A program made the translations under genes and the position numbers. From Arachidicoccus sp. (lineage in GTDB: Bacteria > Bacteroidota > Bacteroidia > Chitinophagales > Chitinophagaceae), in assembly GCF_050436765.1 (NCBI RefSeq), contig NZ_JBNQGD010000066.1, forward strand, positions 1,105 to 59,373: a stretch of 58,269 nucleotides of DNA, given 5' to 3'. A model generated the notes under the pieces. That model was not told the origin of the DNA and searched no databases. It saw only the letters and a list, made by a program, of their open reading frames with translations. Each line of letters begins with the position of its first letter. The stretch's first letter is position 1. This document shows positions 41,158 to 50,436 of this stretch, in pieces.

Positions 41158-43758
41158 TTAAAAATATTTGATGAAAAAGTTAAGCGTGTAATACAAATTA
41201 AAGAACCGTGAAGTTCTTTGCTTCCAGGGTATTTGTTTTCTCAAGGATTGTATGAATCGCGCAAAGAAATCTTTAGCCCATTGACGTTCTTGAAGGGAAG
41301 TTTTATCCCTGCTATATTTTTCTTTTTGATAAATGTGATTTAGTTGCGAAAAGTCTGTGCCAAATTTCTCGTCAATCATTAATGCAAATCCTTCCGGAGA
41401 CTGCATCTTACGTGAGTAGCCCAGTTGATTTAAATAATATAAAGTTGCACGATATGACCAATGTGTATTTTTCTTGGCTCTGATTTGATAATACTTCCAA
41501 ATCAACCAGGGCGAAAGTAAAATTAGTAAAAGCAGAGATATAACAGCGACCAAACAGCCAACGGCAATTCGTTCCCAGTTAAAGGACTGTAGGAAGGATT
41601 GTCTGCTGTTGATATTCTGGCGTACCGAGCCGTTCTGTTCAATTATTTTTACTTCATCGATTGCGACAGGTTCTTTTAGTTGAGATAAAATATAGGTTGC
41701 CGTATCGATATTTCGTTTGATGGTTATATTGTTTAGCTGATCGTTGTATGATGCTGTAGATACATGCACATTTTTCTTCAAAGCACTTATACTCACCACA
41801 CCTGTATCTGTAGCAATTCTGGCAAAGGCAATATTGAGCCGCAGGGATTTTGGAGAGGTGGTATAACTTTTGTCTCTGTATAATATTTTTTCGACCGAAA
41901 GTGTTAACTCCTTTTTTGATGTATCTACTTTTTGAATTATTCCGTCGGCTACAAAATAAACTTTTTGTGTGCCTAATGGTGGTGTGCCATCTGGTTGTGG
42001 TGCTTGCTGTGTATTCATATCAGGTACGGTTGTGTCAAAATCAATCCATCCGTAACCTGGAAAAAATACTTGAACCCATGCATGGGCTTGATCTTCGTAA
42101 AACCAATACCAGCCGGGATTTTTGCTACTTCTATCTACCGTTAAAAAACCGGTGGCAATTCTCGAAGGGATGCCCAATGACCGCAGTAAGAATAAAGTTG
42201 CTCCGGCAAAATAAGCGCAATAACCTTTTCGGTTTTCAAACAAAAAGTAATCCAGTTTATTAGCACTTGGCAGCCCCGGTATTCCTGGATTATCTGAATA
42301 TTTGAATAAGGGTTGTCCAAATTCATCTTTGCTTAAAAAGTAATTCCTGATAGCCAACATTTTGTCGATAACAGTAGAATCATTTGCTGTTATTTTTTTT
42401 GCCAAGGAAATAATTTTTTGATATGATTTCCCTTGAGGCATCGAGGTATAGTATTGGAGGAAAGAGTTATCAATATTTGAGTAGCCAGTGTCTTTTCTTA
42501 ATAGATCAAAACGCATTTTTTGAAAATCTTCTAAGGTGGTATTGCCGGCAGGATTGTATACGAAATATGCACTGTTGAGCGAACTCACCCACATTTTTGC
42601 ACGATATGCCGAACTGTATTGCCCTCCATATTCTCTGGGTACTGGAATTGGTTGAACGGAAAAAGCAGTATTGGGCGCTAAAAAATCTGTGGGTGACAAT
42701 GCCACTTTATATATTTCCGCATCTACTACTGATCTATCGACAACAGCCTGCGAATTTTTAATCACCGTACTGTCAGATTTTGTAAAAAACAAGGGAACTT
42801 TTGACGGATCTGGCCTAAACAAATCATTGAAGGGCATTAGTGAATCTGTTTCAAATGTCTGCGTTACAGTATCAAATTTCGTATAATAATCTGCCGTAAA
42901 GTATAATGGGTTTTGCGTTTTACCATCTGCAAAAAAATTATTTAACCTGGCTACAAATACAAGTTGCTTTGTTTTGTTTAATGAACCACTCAGTGGCATC
43001 TGCCCATTAGGACTTAAGGTGCCGTCTCGATTGCTTTTAGTCATGCTTTGGCTATTGCTCTTATTTGCCTGATAGTCTGGTTGCACCTTGTTCCAATCCT
43101 GTTCAATATTGATTAAATCTTTTCGAAAAATTAAAAATACAACTGCAAAAATGGTAATGGCGAACAGGAAAAAACCGCTGACTCTTTTTGCCAAAAACCA
43201 ACTAAAGGAAGATTGATGCTCATTTAGATTCCTGACTAGTTCAGAGGTATAGAGAATATAAAAAGCATATAGCAATACAGGTGCAAAACTTACTACGATA
43301 GCTTCAGCTGAAATGGTCTTAATTTTGCTTATCAGAATTATTTCAATGGCTAATAAAAACAAAATCCATACAACTGTAAAAAAGCGCCATCGGCTGAAGC
43401 CAAAACCCACTAACCATCCTATAGAAAATATTAAAAGGAAAATTAAATATTGAACGATAAAGAAAAACATGTCAAACTCACCAATGGCATACTTTTCAAT
43501 TATTAAATAACCAATAAAATAGCAGGTGCCAAGCGTGATAATAGTGCTCGTAAACCTAAATCTCCAGCCATAAAATATCAAAGAAACGAAAATGCCTAAA
43601 AGGAAAAATGCGCCCTGATAGAGCCATTGATTCTGCAATATAATATAGGCCTCATTTAGTTTATGTAGTATTACAATAGCAAAAAAAGCTGTAGGCAGTG
43701 CAAGCAAAAGGCATTGCACGCCAACTTTTTTCCAACTATGAGTCCTTTCTATTTGCAT
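41158..43758 (-). CDS. Membrane-bound transglutaminase-like protein
   Basis: Multi-TM N-terminus; catalytic triad motifs GYCAYFA, AHAWV and GWIDFDTT. Confidence 0.9.
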   Translation of the reverse strand: MQIERTHSWKKVGVQCLLLALPTAFFAIVILHKLNEAYIILQNQWLYQGAFFLLGIFVSLIFYGWRFRFTSTIITLGTCYFIGYLIIEKYAIGEFDMFFFIVQYLIFLLIFSIGWLVGFGFSRWRFFTVVWILFLLAIEIILISKIKTISAEAIVVSFAPVLLYAFYILYTSELVRNLNEHQSSFSWFLAKRVSGFFLFAITIFAVVFLIFRKDLINIEQDWNKVQPDYQANKSNSQSMTKSNRDGTLSPNGQMPLSGSLNKTKQLVFVARLNNFFADGKTQNPLYFTADYYTKFDTVTQTFETDSLMPFNDLFRPDPSKVPLFFTKSDSTVIKNSQAVVDRSVVDAEIYKVALSPTDFLAPNTAFSVQPIPVPREYGGQYSSAYRAKMWVSSLNSAYFVYNPAGNTTLEDFQKMRFDLLRKDTGYSNIDNSFLQYYTSMPQGKSYQKIISLAKKITANDSTVIDKMLAIRNYFLSKDEFGQPLFKYSDNPGIPGLPSANKLDYFLFENRKGYCAYFAGATLFLLRSLGIPSRIATGFLTVDRSSKNPGWYWFYEDQAHAWVQVFFPGYGWIDFDTTVPDMNTQQAPQPDGTPPLGTQKVYFVADGIIQKVDTSKKELTLSVEKILYRDKSYTTSPKSLRLNIAFARIATDTGVVSISALKKNVHVSTASYNDQLNNITIKRNIDTATYILSQLKEPVAIDEVKIIEQNGSVRQNINSRQSFLQSFNWERIAVGCLVAVISLLLLILLSPWLIWKYYQIRAKKNTHWSYRATLYYLNQLGYSRKMQSPEGFALMIDEKFGTDFSQLNHIYQKEKYSRDKTSLQERQWAKDFFARFIQSLRKQIPWKQRTSRFFNLYYTLNFFIKYF

Positions 43759-43769
43759 CTAAAATTAGG

Positions 43770-45119
43770 TTATACGCTTTTTAATATTTTTCTTAATTCT
43801 TTTTCGTTGCGCAATATTTCTCGTCGTAATGGGAAAAAAGTCCATGCCATTCTGTTTTTTGCTTTCCTGTTTTTTTCTTGTTCCAGGAAAAACCAGGTTA
43901 ACCAACTTCTTATTCCTTGTCTTTTAAACTGTTTGGAAATAGGAACAAATAAAAAATTAATTTCATTCTTATGCCATTCAATCAATTGCTTTATCTGGTC
44001 GACATTTGTGAGGGAAGATATTACAACAATGGCTGCCTTCTGTGGTTGTACAAAGTTAAGTACATCTATATTCTCTTGCCATTCACTAACCGCAATTAAA
44101 TGCTTTATTTCCTCCTCTTTGCTTGGATGTATCGAAAATGAAATAGATTTTTCGGGTTGATCAGAAGCCCAACGAACATCATTATTTTGTTGTACGATAT
44201 TTTTATAAATACTCCATACTTTGTTTTTATAAAAATTGAGCATGGCATTATTAATGACATCGGTATGATTGTTTAAGTATTGGGAGAAAAAAGAAACATA
44301 CAAATAAAGATGGGAGGCATAAGGCTCCAAAATCTCTGGTGTACGAATCACTAATTCTTTGTTCTTTGCATATATTTTCCAGACGATCCTCCGTAAGTCG
44401 TCATTAGCTTCAAATTTTTTATAACTAAATAAGTCTCCTTCTACTTTTCGTATTTCGTCTATTCTACTGTTTCGTATTTCCGTATTTCTCTGCTTCGCTT
44501 CTAAATATTGCAACGGTTGTGATTGCGGCGGCGTATAGAATCTTTCTGAAGTAGGCAAGGAAATCGTGAACGAAAAAAATTGCAGAAAATCTTCAAAATA
44601 TACAACTACCTTTGATATGCGGAATTCTTTCACGTCTGTTATTTCCCAATCATAAAAACCATCTAGATTCCTGTTGAACCAGTTCGCATGTTCGTCCTCT
44701 ACTAGTTGTATTTTTTTCGAGAAAGAACCGTTGTCGTATATGAATCGTAATTTAATGTATCCTAAAATAGGTCTTAGAATGGGTTTAAGTGCAAGCTCAA
44801 TAGGTTGATAAGGTGTATCAAACTCTTTGGTGGTAATTTGAAATGAAATTCGTTTTTTGTGTCTTTTAAAAAGAAAAAAGAGCCAAGATAATAACACGCT
44901 CGTAAATCCAATTACCAAAAATGTAAAGCTTATGTACAAGGTAATTCTAATGAGTATAGAGAAAATATCTTGGAATGGTGTTCCCGGCAGTTTTGGTTGT
45001 TCTTTTAGCCATGCCAGGCATATAACGGAGCCAATAAGAAAAAGACAGAAATATACAGTTATGGGGGCGAAAAACCCCAGTTGCTTTAGTGTTTTTCGTA
45101 TGGATACTTTGTATTGCAT
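43770..45119 (-). CDS. DUF58-domain membrane protein
   Basis: FEANDDLRRIVWK motif, two N-terminal TM segments; usual neighbour of MoxR and transglutaminase. Confidence 0.8.
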   Translation of the reverse strand: MQYKVSIRKTLKQLGFFAPITVYFCLFLIGSVICLAWLKEQPKLPGTPFQDIFSILIRITLYISFTFLVIGFTSVLLSWLFFLFKRHKKRISFQITTKEFDTPYQPIELALKPILRPILGYIKLRFIYDNGSFSKKIQLVEDEHANWFNRNLDGFYDWEITDVKEFRISKVVVYFEDFLQFFSFTISLPTSERFYTPPQSQPLQYLEAKQRNTEIRNSRIDEIRKVEGDLFSYKKFEANDDLRRIVWKIYAKNKELVIRTPEILEPYASHLYLYVSFFSQYLNNHTDVINNAMLNFYKNKVWSIYKNIVQQNNDVRWASDQPEKSISFSIHPSKEEEIKHLIAVSEWQENIDVLNFVQPQKAAIVVISSLTNVDQIKQLIEWHKNEINFLFVPISKQFKRQGIRSWLTWFFLEQEKNRKAKNRMAWTFFPLRREILRNEKELRKILKSV

Positions 45120-45252
45120 TTTACGTACGTGAAGTTAAGTGTTTAATTCTGAATGCTGCTATTTTGCAAATAGATAAATTTTATGTTCTGTATTTATCAT
45201 TCGCTAAGCTATTGTTTGCATTATCAAATTAACTTTGTTTCTTTGCCTTTGT

Positions 45253-46155
45253 ATGAAAAATACTATTCTATATACCCAGTGTCCGGCTTGTGGAAGCAAA
45301 GATATAAATGAAGTTTTATGTGCTAAAGACTATACGGTTTCCGGTGAAATATTTGAAGTATGGCATTGTGCACATTGCAGCTTGCGTTTTACCCAACAGG
45401 TTCCTGATGAGCAGGCAATGGCACCTTATTATAAATCTGACGCTTATATTTCACATAGTAATACTAAGAAGGGTATTGTAAATTGGTTGTATCATTTGGT
45501 GCGTAAAAGGACCTTGAGACAGAAGGCTGAGCTGGTAAAAAAATATAGTGGATTAGAGCGTGGTGCTTTGTTGGATATTGGTGCCGGAACGGGCGCTTTT
45601 GCATCTGTGATGCAATTGGAGAATTGGCAGGTGACGGCACTGGAGCCGGATGAAGACGCAAGAAGAAATGCGAAAAGAGATTTTGATATTGAGTTACAAG
45701 AAGGTAAAGACTTATTTTCATTAGAACACGATAGCTTTGATGTGGTTACCATGTGGCATGTTTTGGAGCATGTACACGAATTGCATAGTTATATTGTGCT
45801 CTTCCAGAAAATATTAAAAAACAAAGGAACGCTTTTTATCGCTGTTCCCAATTATACTTCATTCGATGCAACCTATTATGAAGGATTTTGGGCCGCCTAC
45901 GATGTTCCAAGACATTTATATCATTTTTCCCCAGCAAGCATGAAGCTATTAGTTGCCCAATATGGATTCGAGGTAAAAAAATGCCTACCCATGAAATTTG
46001 ATAGTTATTATGTAAGTCTATTGAGTGAACAGTATAAAAATGGCAACAAAAATCTTCTACAATCGTTCCTACGAGGTTTTCAATCGAATAGAAAGGCCCG
46101 AAAAAATGCCGAAAAATACAGTTCTGTTATTTATGTGATTAAAAAACAGAAATAG
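45253..46155 (+). CDS. Class I SAM-dependent methyltransferase with N-terminal zinc ribbon
   Basis: CPAC...CAHC, LLDIGAGTG, FDVVTMWHVLEH and DVPRHLYHF. Confidence 0.9.
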   Translation: MKNTILYTQCPACGSKDINEVLCAKDYTVSGEIFEVWHCAHCSLRFTQQVPDEQAMAPYYKSDAYISHSNTKKGIVNWLYHLVRKRTLRQKAELVKKYSGLERGALLDIGAGTGAFASVMQLENWQVTALEPDEDARRNAKRDFDIELQEGKDLFSLEHDSFDVVTMWHVLEHVHELHSYIVLFQKILKNKGTLFIAVPNYTSFDATYYEGFWAAYDVPRHLYHFSPASMKLLVAQYGFEVKKCLPMKFDSYYVSLLSEQYKNGNKNLLQSFLRGFQSNRKARKNAEKYSSVIYVIKKQK

Positions 46156-46200
46156 CCTACTAAAGAACAGCCCATAGTGGTGATTGACTTAGTAGAAAAC

Positions 46201-46231
46201 AAAAAAGCTATCTGTGTTTTAAGCAGATAGC
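46201..46231. terminator. Terminator between the methyltransferase gene and rpmA
   Basis: AAAAAA-GCTATCTG-tgttttaag-CAGATAGC; the T tract is on the minus strand. Confidence 0.7.
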
Positions 46232-46255
46232 ATTATTTTAAGATGTATTGTATGT

Positions 46256-46528
46256 TTAAGCTGTAGCTTCTACCGGAGCAGCTAAAACGGATACTTTAGT
46301 AATATCTCCTTTAGCTTTTCTAAATTCTACGACACCGTCAGTAAGTGCAAATAAAGTGAAATCTTTACCTAAACCTACATTTTTGCCTGGATGAAAACTA
46401 GTACCCCTTTGACGAACGATAATGTTACCTGAGATAGCTGGTTGGCCACCAAATATTTTTACGCCAAGACGTTTGCTTCTTGAATCGCGACCATTTTTTA
46501 CACTACCTTCACCTTTTTTGTGAGCCAT
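46256..46528 (-). CDS. rpmA: 50S ribosomal protein L27
   Basis: [16 protein letters not shown] and IIVRQRGT. Confidence 0.99.
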   Translation of the reverse strand: MAHKKGEGSVKNGRDSRSKRLGVKIFGGQPAISGNIIVRQRGTSFHPGKNVGLGKDFTLFALTDGVVEFRKAKGDITKVSVLAAPVEATA

Positions 46529-46569
46529 GGTATGATAATTATAAAGTTTTAAAAATTAATAAGCCAAAA

Positions 46570-46875
46570 TTACGCAATCGCGTCAATTTTGATTTTTGTA
46601 TAATGTGTTCTGTGTCCGTGTTTCTTACGGAAACCTTTTCTTCTCTTTTGTTTGTAAGCGATTACTTTGTCGCCCTGGATTAAATTGCTAAGCACTTCTG
46701 CTTTTACAATTGATTTCACATCAGCGCCCAAAGATAATTTACCATCGGTACTTACCAACAATACTTCGTTGAACTCAACTTTGTCTCCGTTATTGGCAGA
46801 CAAACGTGGTACATATAAGGTATCACCTTCTTGTACTCTGAATTGTTGGCCTGCTATTTTTACAACTGCGAACAT
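46570..46875 (-). CDS. rplU: 50S ribosomal protein L21
   Basis: MFAVVKIAGQQFRV and KRRKGFRKKHGHR. Confidence 0.98.
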   Translation of the reverse strand: MFAVVKIAGQQFRVQEGDTLYVPRLSANNGDKVEFNEVLLVSTDGKLSLGADVKSIVKAEVLSNLIQGDKVIAYKQKRRKGFRKKHGHRTHYTKIKIDAIA

Positions 46876-46896
46876 AACTTTTAGAAATTAGGACTG

Positions 46897-46904
46897 CAAA
46901 GGTA
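46897..46904 (-). promoter_or_regulatory. -7 promoter element of rplU-rpmA
   Basis: TACCTTTG(CA) on the minus strand. Confidence 0.7.
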
Positions 46905-47536
46905 AGGATAAATTGTGGATATGGCAATAGATTTATGAAAAATATTTTCGTAACGGCAATTATCTTTCAATTGATAGTTATTGTATTATAAAAGAGTTCT
47001 ATCGATTCAAAGATATCTGCTGGACTTTTAAATACTCGTACCAAAATCTTACTTTATTTGATAATCAGCTTATTGTGAAGCGAGATGGCGCGATATTCGC
47101 AGTTATTATTAGTGGGGTCAAAGGATAATGCTATCTAGCCTTTTATCACCAAGATAAATCCACCAAACTGGAGACAACGGTGCCATTAGCAACGAGAAGC
47201 CGGCTAAGCAATGGAGAATTAAGTGGCATATTGGCCAATTACCTCGATCAAAAGCTCACGAAAGCCCTTGCATTGCAAGCGATACACAATGATCCGCCTG
47301 CGCTAAGATCGGAGAGACTAAGTATAAGGCCCCCATCAAGAAAAACAGGAAAGAATGATATTATAGCATTGGCGCGAAGGAAATGAATAAAATAAGAAAA
47401 GACCTGCGAGATCTTGCCGGTTAAATAGATAATGAGGGCAATAGCAAAAATGCTAAATAAGTCATTTTGGCAACAGCTATTTTGAACACATTATTCTGAA
47501 TTTTTTTCAGTCTCTTTCCGCGAAAAACAGTTGTGC

Positions 47537-47601
47537 AACTGCAAAATTTTCACAATTGATGAAAATTTTGCAGTTACTTTTTATTGTGGCAAAAAAGTTG
47601 T
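47537..47601 (+). promoter_or_regulatory. 16-bp inverted repeat plus sigma-54-like -24/-12 element upstream of hsp20
   Basis: AACTGCAAAATTTTCA-N7-TGAAAATTTTGCAGTT (47537-47575); TGGC-N7-TTGT (47587-47601). Confidence 0.5.
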
Positions 47602-47679
47602 TTTAGAAGCTGTTAAATACTGTTTTAAAACAGTAAATGTTTAATCAATTTTATTAACCATTTAAAACAGGAGGTTATT

Positions 47680-48135
47680 ATGTCACTTACTAAATGGAAC
47701 GGCAATAACAGAAACTTGCCTGTATCCCCCAACTGGTTCGAGGACTTCTGGAACCGCGATCTTTTTAACTGGAATGATAAAAATTTCTCGTCCACCGAAA
47801 CCACCTTGCCATCAGTAAACGTAAAAGAAACAGCAAATGACTACAAAGTGGAGGTAGCGGCGCCGGGAATGAATAAAGAGGATTTCCATATTACGCTGGA
47901 CGGAAATCTGCTTACCATTTCTTCGGAAAAGAAAGTAGAAAATAATGAAGAAAAAGATAACTACACCCGCAAAGAATTTAGCTATCAGTCTTTTCAACGT
48001 AGTTTTGAACTGCCGAAAAATGTAGTTAATGAAGAGGAAATAAAGGCTAAATATGAAAGTGGTGTTTTGCATCTCACTATCCCTAAAAAGGAAGAAGCTA
48101 AAAAGAAAGCACCAAAAAAAATCGAAGTTCTCTAA
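47680..48135 (+). CDS. Hsp20/alpha-crystallin small heat-shock protein
   Basis: PSVNVKE, VAAPG, EFSYQSFQRSFELP and AKYESGVLHLTIPK. Confidence 0.95.
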   Translation: MSLTKWNGNNRNLPVSPNWFEDFWNRDLFNWNDKNFSSTETTLPSVNVKETANDYKVEVAAPGMNKEDFHITLDGNLLTISSEKKVENNEEKDNYTRKEFSYQSFQRSFELPKNVVNEEEIKAKYESGVLHLTIPKKEEAKKKAPKKIEVL

Positions 48136-48147
48136 CCACCCATTAAT

Positions 48148-48185
48148 TATAAGGGCCACTCCCAAAAATTCGAGTGGCCCTTATA
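48148..48185. terminator. Hairpin after hsp20
   Basis: TATAAGGGCCACTC-N10-GAGTGGCCCTTATA. Confidence 0.75.
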
Positions 48186-48788
48186 GATTTCAACCTATAC
48201 GATCTATCTCTGTCTTAGTAATTTCAACTACCTATTCGTATATTCCCATCCTCTTAGTTATAAATTGGTCATAACAAATTTATTTGTGTATGTCTTTTGT
48301 AAAAGACCCGTATATTTTTTATTTTGAGGTTTCCATGGGTAATAAAGTTACAGGTCCTTTGGACGATTTCTGTTTACCATTATTTACCCATTAAAGTGTG
48401 AATATTCATAGACGGTGGTATCTCTTTATTAATTCATAAGTTGAACAATTATGACAGATAACTTTCCATACAAGTTTTCTTTAAACTTTTCTAAAAATAT
48501 AGGTTGCTCTAACATTTCGTCTGTCATCGTTTTCAAAATTTTTCGTAGCAGACACTGAGTTTATTCTCGGTTTTGAGCGAAGGAATAGTAAGCCGTAAAA
48601 CGATGTCAAAGATAAGCGTTCTGCAATAACAGCAACGATTTTACTACAGTGTCTGTAATTGCAATTGATGTTTCTCCTCCCTTCCTATTTACCGTAAAGT
48701 GTATAGGTTCATCTTTCGAACGCTTATTCCCTATCGATATAAAAAAGAGATATTTGCATCAAAAAGTAAATTTGTTTAAAAGCTTCTA

Positions 48789-49817
48789 TCAAAAATATGT
48801 GTTGACCGAAAATTTGAACTGCTCTATAAAGATGCGCTTAAAGGCACTGATATTATTCAACTCATAGAAAATCAGCATGGCTTTTTTGTACTCAACCGAA
48901 TCTACTGTTCTGAAAGAAATCGGGCAGTACTGATGGGCAATTAAAAGCGCATTGCTGATAATCCGTGCGGTCCTTTTATTGCCATCATTGAAGGCTTGGA
49001 TATAAGAAAGCAGCGCCAATACAAGAAGTGATTTTTCAAAGATATTTTCTTTCACATTGACCAGCATACACATATTTTCGAATGCTTCCCGTATCTGATG
49101 CTCGTTATCCAATGGCTTGTAATTAGTACCTGTTATGCCAACTCTTCTTTGGCGGATATTGCCATCTACATTCAGCTCTTTGGTCAATATACTATGAATA
49201 TCCTCGATAGGCCGTACTGTCAATGGTACAACGTATTCTGGATGTGCAATAATGAAATTAATGGCTTCCTTGTGGTTCAAAAGCATAATGGCATCATCTT
49301 TGGGTTTGCCTTGCGCTGTTTCCTGTTCTTTTAACAGTCGCTCTGTTTCCAACAAAGAATACGTATTGCCTTCTATCTGCGAAGATTTCCAACTCAAGTC
49401 AATTGCCAATCGTTCCATTTCCTTCCCGTATGCTGTTGCAGAAAGACTAGCGATATTAGTTTTAAACTTTAACTGGAATGCTTCTAATTCCTGTTCTTCC
49501 CTCTTTGTAAATAAATGGGCATTGCGCAAGACTTCAGGAATCAGGGAGAAGTTAAAGTTGTTATTTATTATTCTTTCATCTTGCTCTTTACTGAAATACT
49601 GTTCCACGTCTATTTCTTCCAATAATTCATAGGCAGGACTTACCAAGTATTTCGTTCCTTTACCTTTCCCCTCAGTTATCACATGGTTGCTCTCCAGGAG
49701 TTTCGTCAACATGCGTTTAAGCGTGGAATAGCTATAGGAATGCTCAAGCCTGATGAAAATTTCGCCGGAGGATAAAGCCGAATTATTCTTTATAAAATCA
49801 AATAATTCTTTTTCCAT
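48789..49817 (-). CDS. Fic/Doc family protein with N-terminal winged-HTH-like region
   Basis: Inhibitory-helix motif SSQIEGN and Fic motif IQAFNDGNKRTAR; N-terminal SYSTLKRMLTKL...GKGKGTKY. Start likely ATG 49817. Confidence 0.9.
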   Translation of the reverse strand: MEKELFDFIKNNSALSSGEIFIRLEHSYSYSTLKRMLTKLLESNHVITEGKGKGTKYLVSPAYELLEEIDVEQYFSKEQDERIINNNFNFSLIPEVLRNAHLFTKREEQELEAFQLKFKTNIASLSATAYGKEMERLAIDLSWKSSQIEGNTYSLLETERLLKEQETAQGKPKDDAIMLLNHKEAINFIIAHPEYVVPLTVRPIEDIHSILTKELNVDGNIRQRRVGITGTNYKPLDNEHQIREAFENMCMLVNVKENIFEKSLLVLALLSYIQAFNDGNKRTARIISNALLIAHQYCPISFRTVDSVEYKKAMLIFYELNNISAFKRIFIEQFKFSVNTYF

Positions 49818-49825
49818 GATTATTA

Positions 49826-49978
49826 AGCTCAATTATTTTGTAAAAATAGCTCAAAAAGTTTTAAAAAATGAGCTATATTTTATATTCAATTGATCCTAAA
49901 AAAATATGGATCATACAATGTGAAATTAAAGCTCAGATTGAAATAAAAAATGAGCTATATTATAGCGATAGATGAGCT
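49826..49978. repeat. Symmetric array of eight hexamer sites upstream of fic
   Basis: AGCTCA at 49826, 49848 and 49930; TGAGCT at 49869, 49951 and 49973; variant pair TGATCC at 49891 and GGATCA at 49908. All are mirror-symmetric about 49902. Confidence 0.8.
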
Positions 49979-50366
49979 TATGACTTGCTGCGTGTACCAT
50001 TAAGGGGAGGTTTACGCCCAGAGCGACATAGCGAGTTATAAACAATTCGGTTTCCTGTACAAGATCAACTGCTTTGCGGCCTTAAATTATTGTAGGCAAA
50101 TAAAAGAAGTGAAAATGTGATTTCATAGTCAAATAATCAGGTTTAACCTGATCAATTAACTATAAAACATAATTTCCAAAAAAGACTCCAACATTTTTGC
50201 CAAATATGCCATCTGTAATTTACGGAGATTGGTTACTAATATAGTTCTTAATGTAGGGAAGAAAGTTATCAAGTATGTCCAACCCCATTTAACTTAAGTT
50301 TGCATTTTTTATCATTCCAAACATCAATGTTGGTGTGATTGCTTGCAAATGTATCTATAAAACAAT

Positions 50367-50390
50367 AAAGGTTCGCCAATGCGAACCTTT
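50367..50390 (-). terminator. Hairpin downstream of the tRNA 3' fragment
   Basis: AAAGGTTCGC-caat-GCGAACCTTT, followed on the minus strand by ATTGTTTT. Confidence 0.7.
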
Positions 50391-50411
50391 ACAAATGATT
50401 GATAATCATCG

Positions 50412-50436
50412 TGCCCAGAACAGGAATCGAACCTGT
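50412..50436 (-). mobile_element. tRNA 3'-end duplication (T-arm plus acceptor 3' strand); candidate att site at the left edge of an integrated island
   Basis: Minus strand ACAGG-TTCGATT-CCTGT-TCTGGGC-A is a perfect T-arm plus acceptor strand. No D-arm or anticodon arm lies upstream. Confidence 0.75.

Noticed and set aside
47000-47440. 68-aa ORF at 47180-47386 and surrounding DNA as a gene or ncRNA
   Set aside because: No recognisable motif, promoter or convincing structure; may be a decayed remnant, but I cannot support a call.
48190-48780. Decayed minus-strand gene (MTDEMLEQPIFLEKF..., with a CHNC motif in a shifted frame)
   Set aside because: Several stops and frame changes, and no family recognisable without a search.
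49826-49978. CRISPR array
   Set aside because: The repeats are 6-17 bp, occur in both orientations, lack spacer structure, and no cas genes are present.
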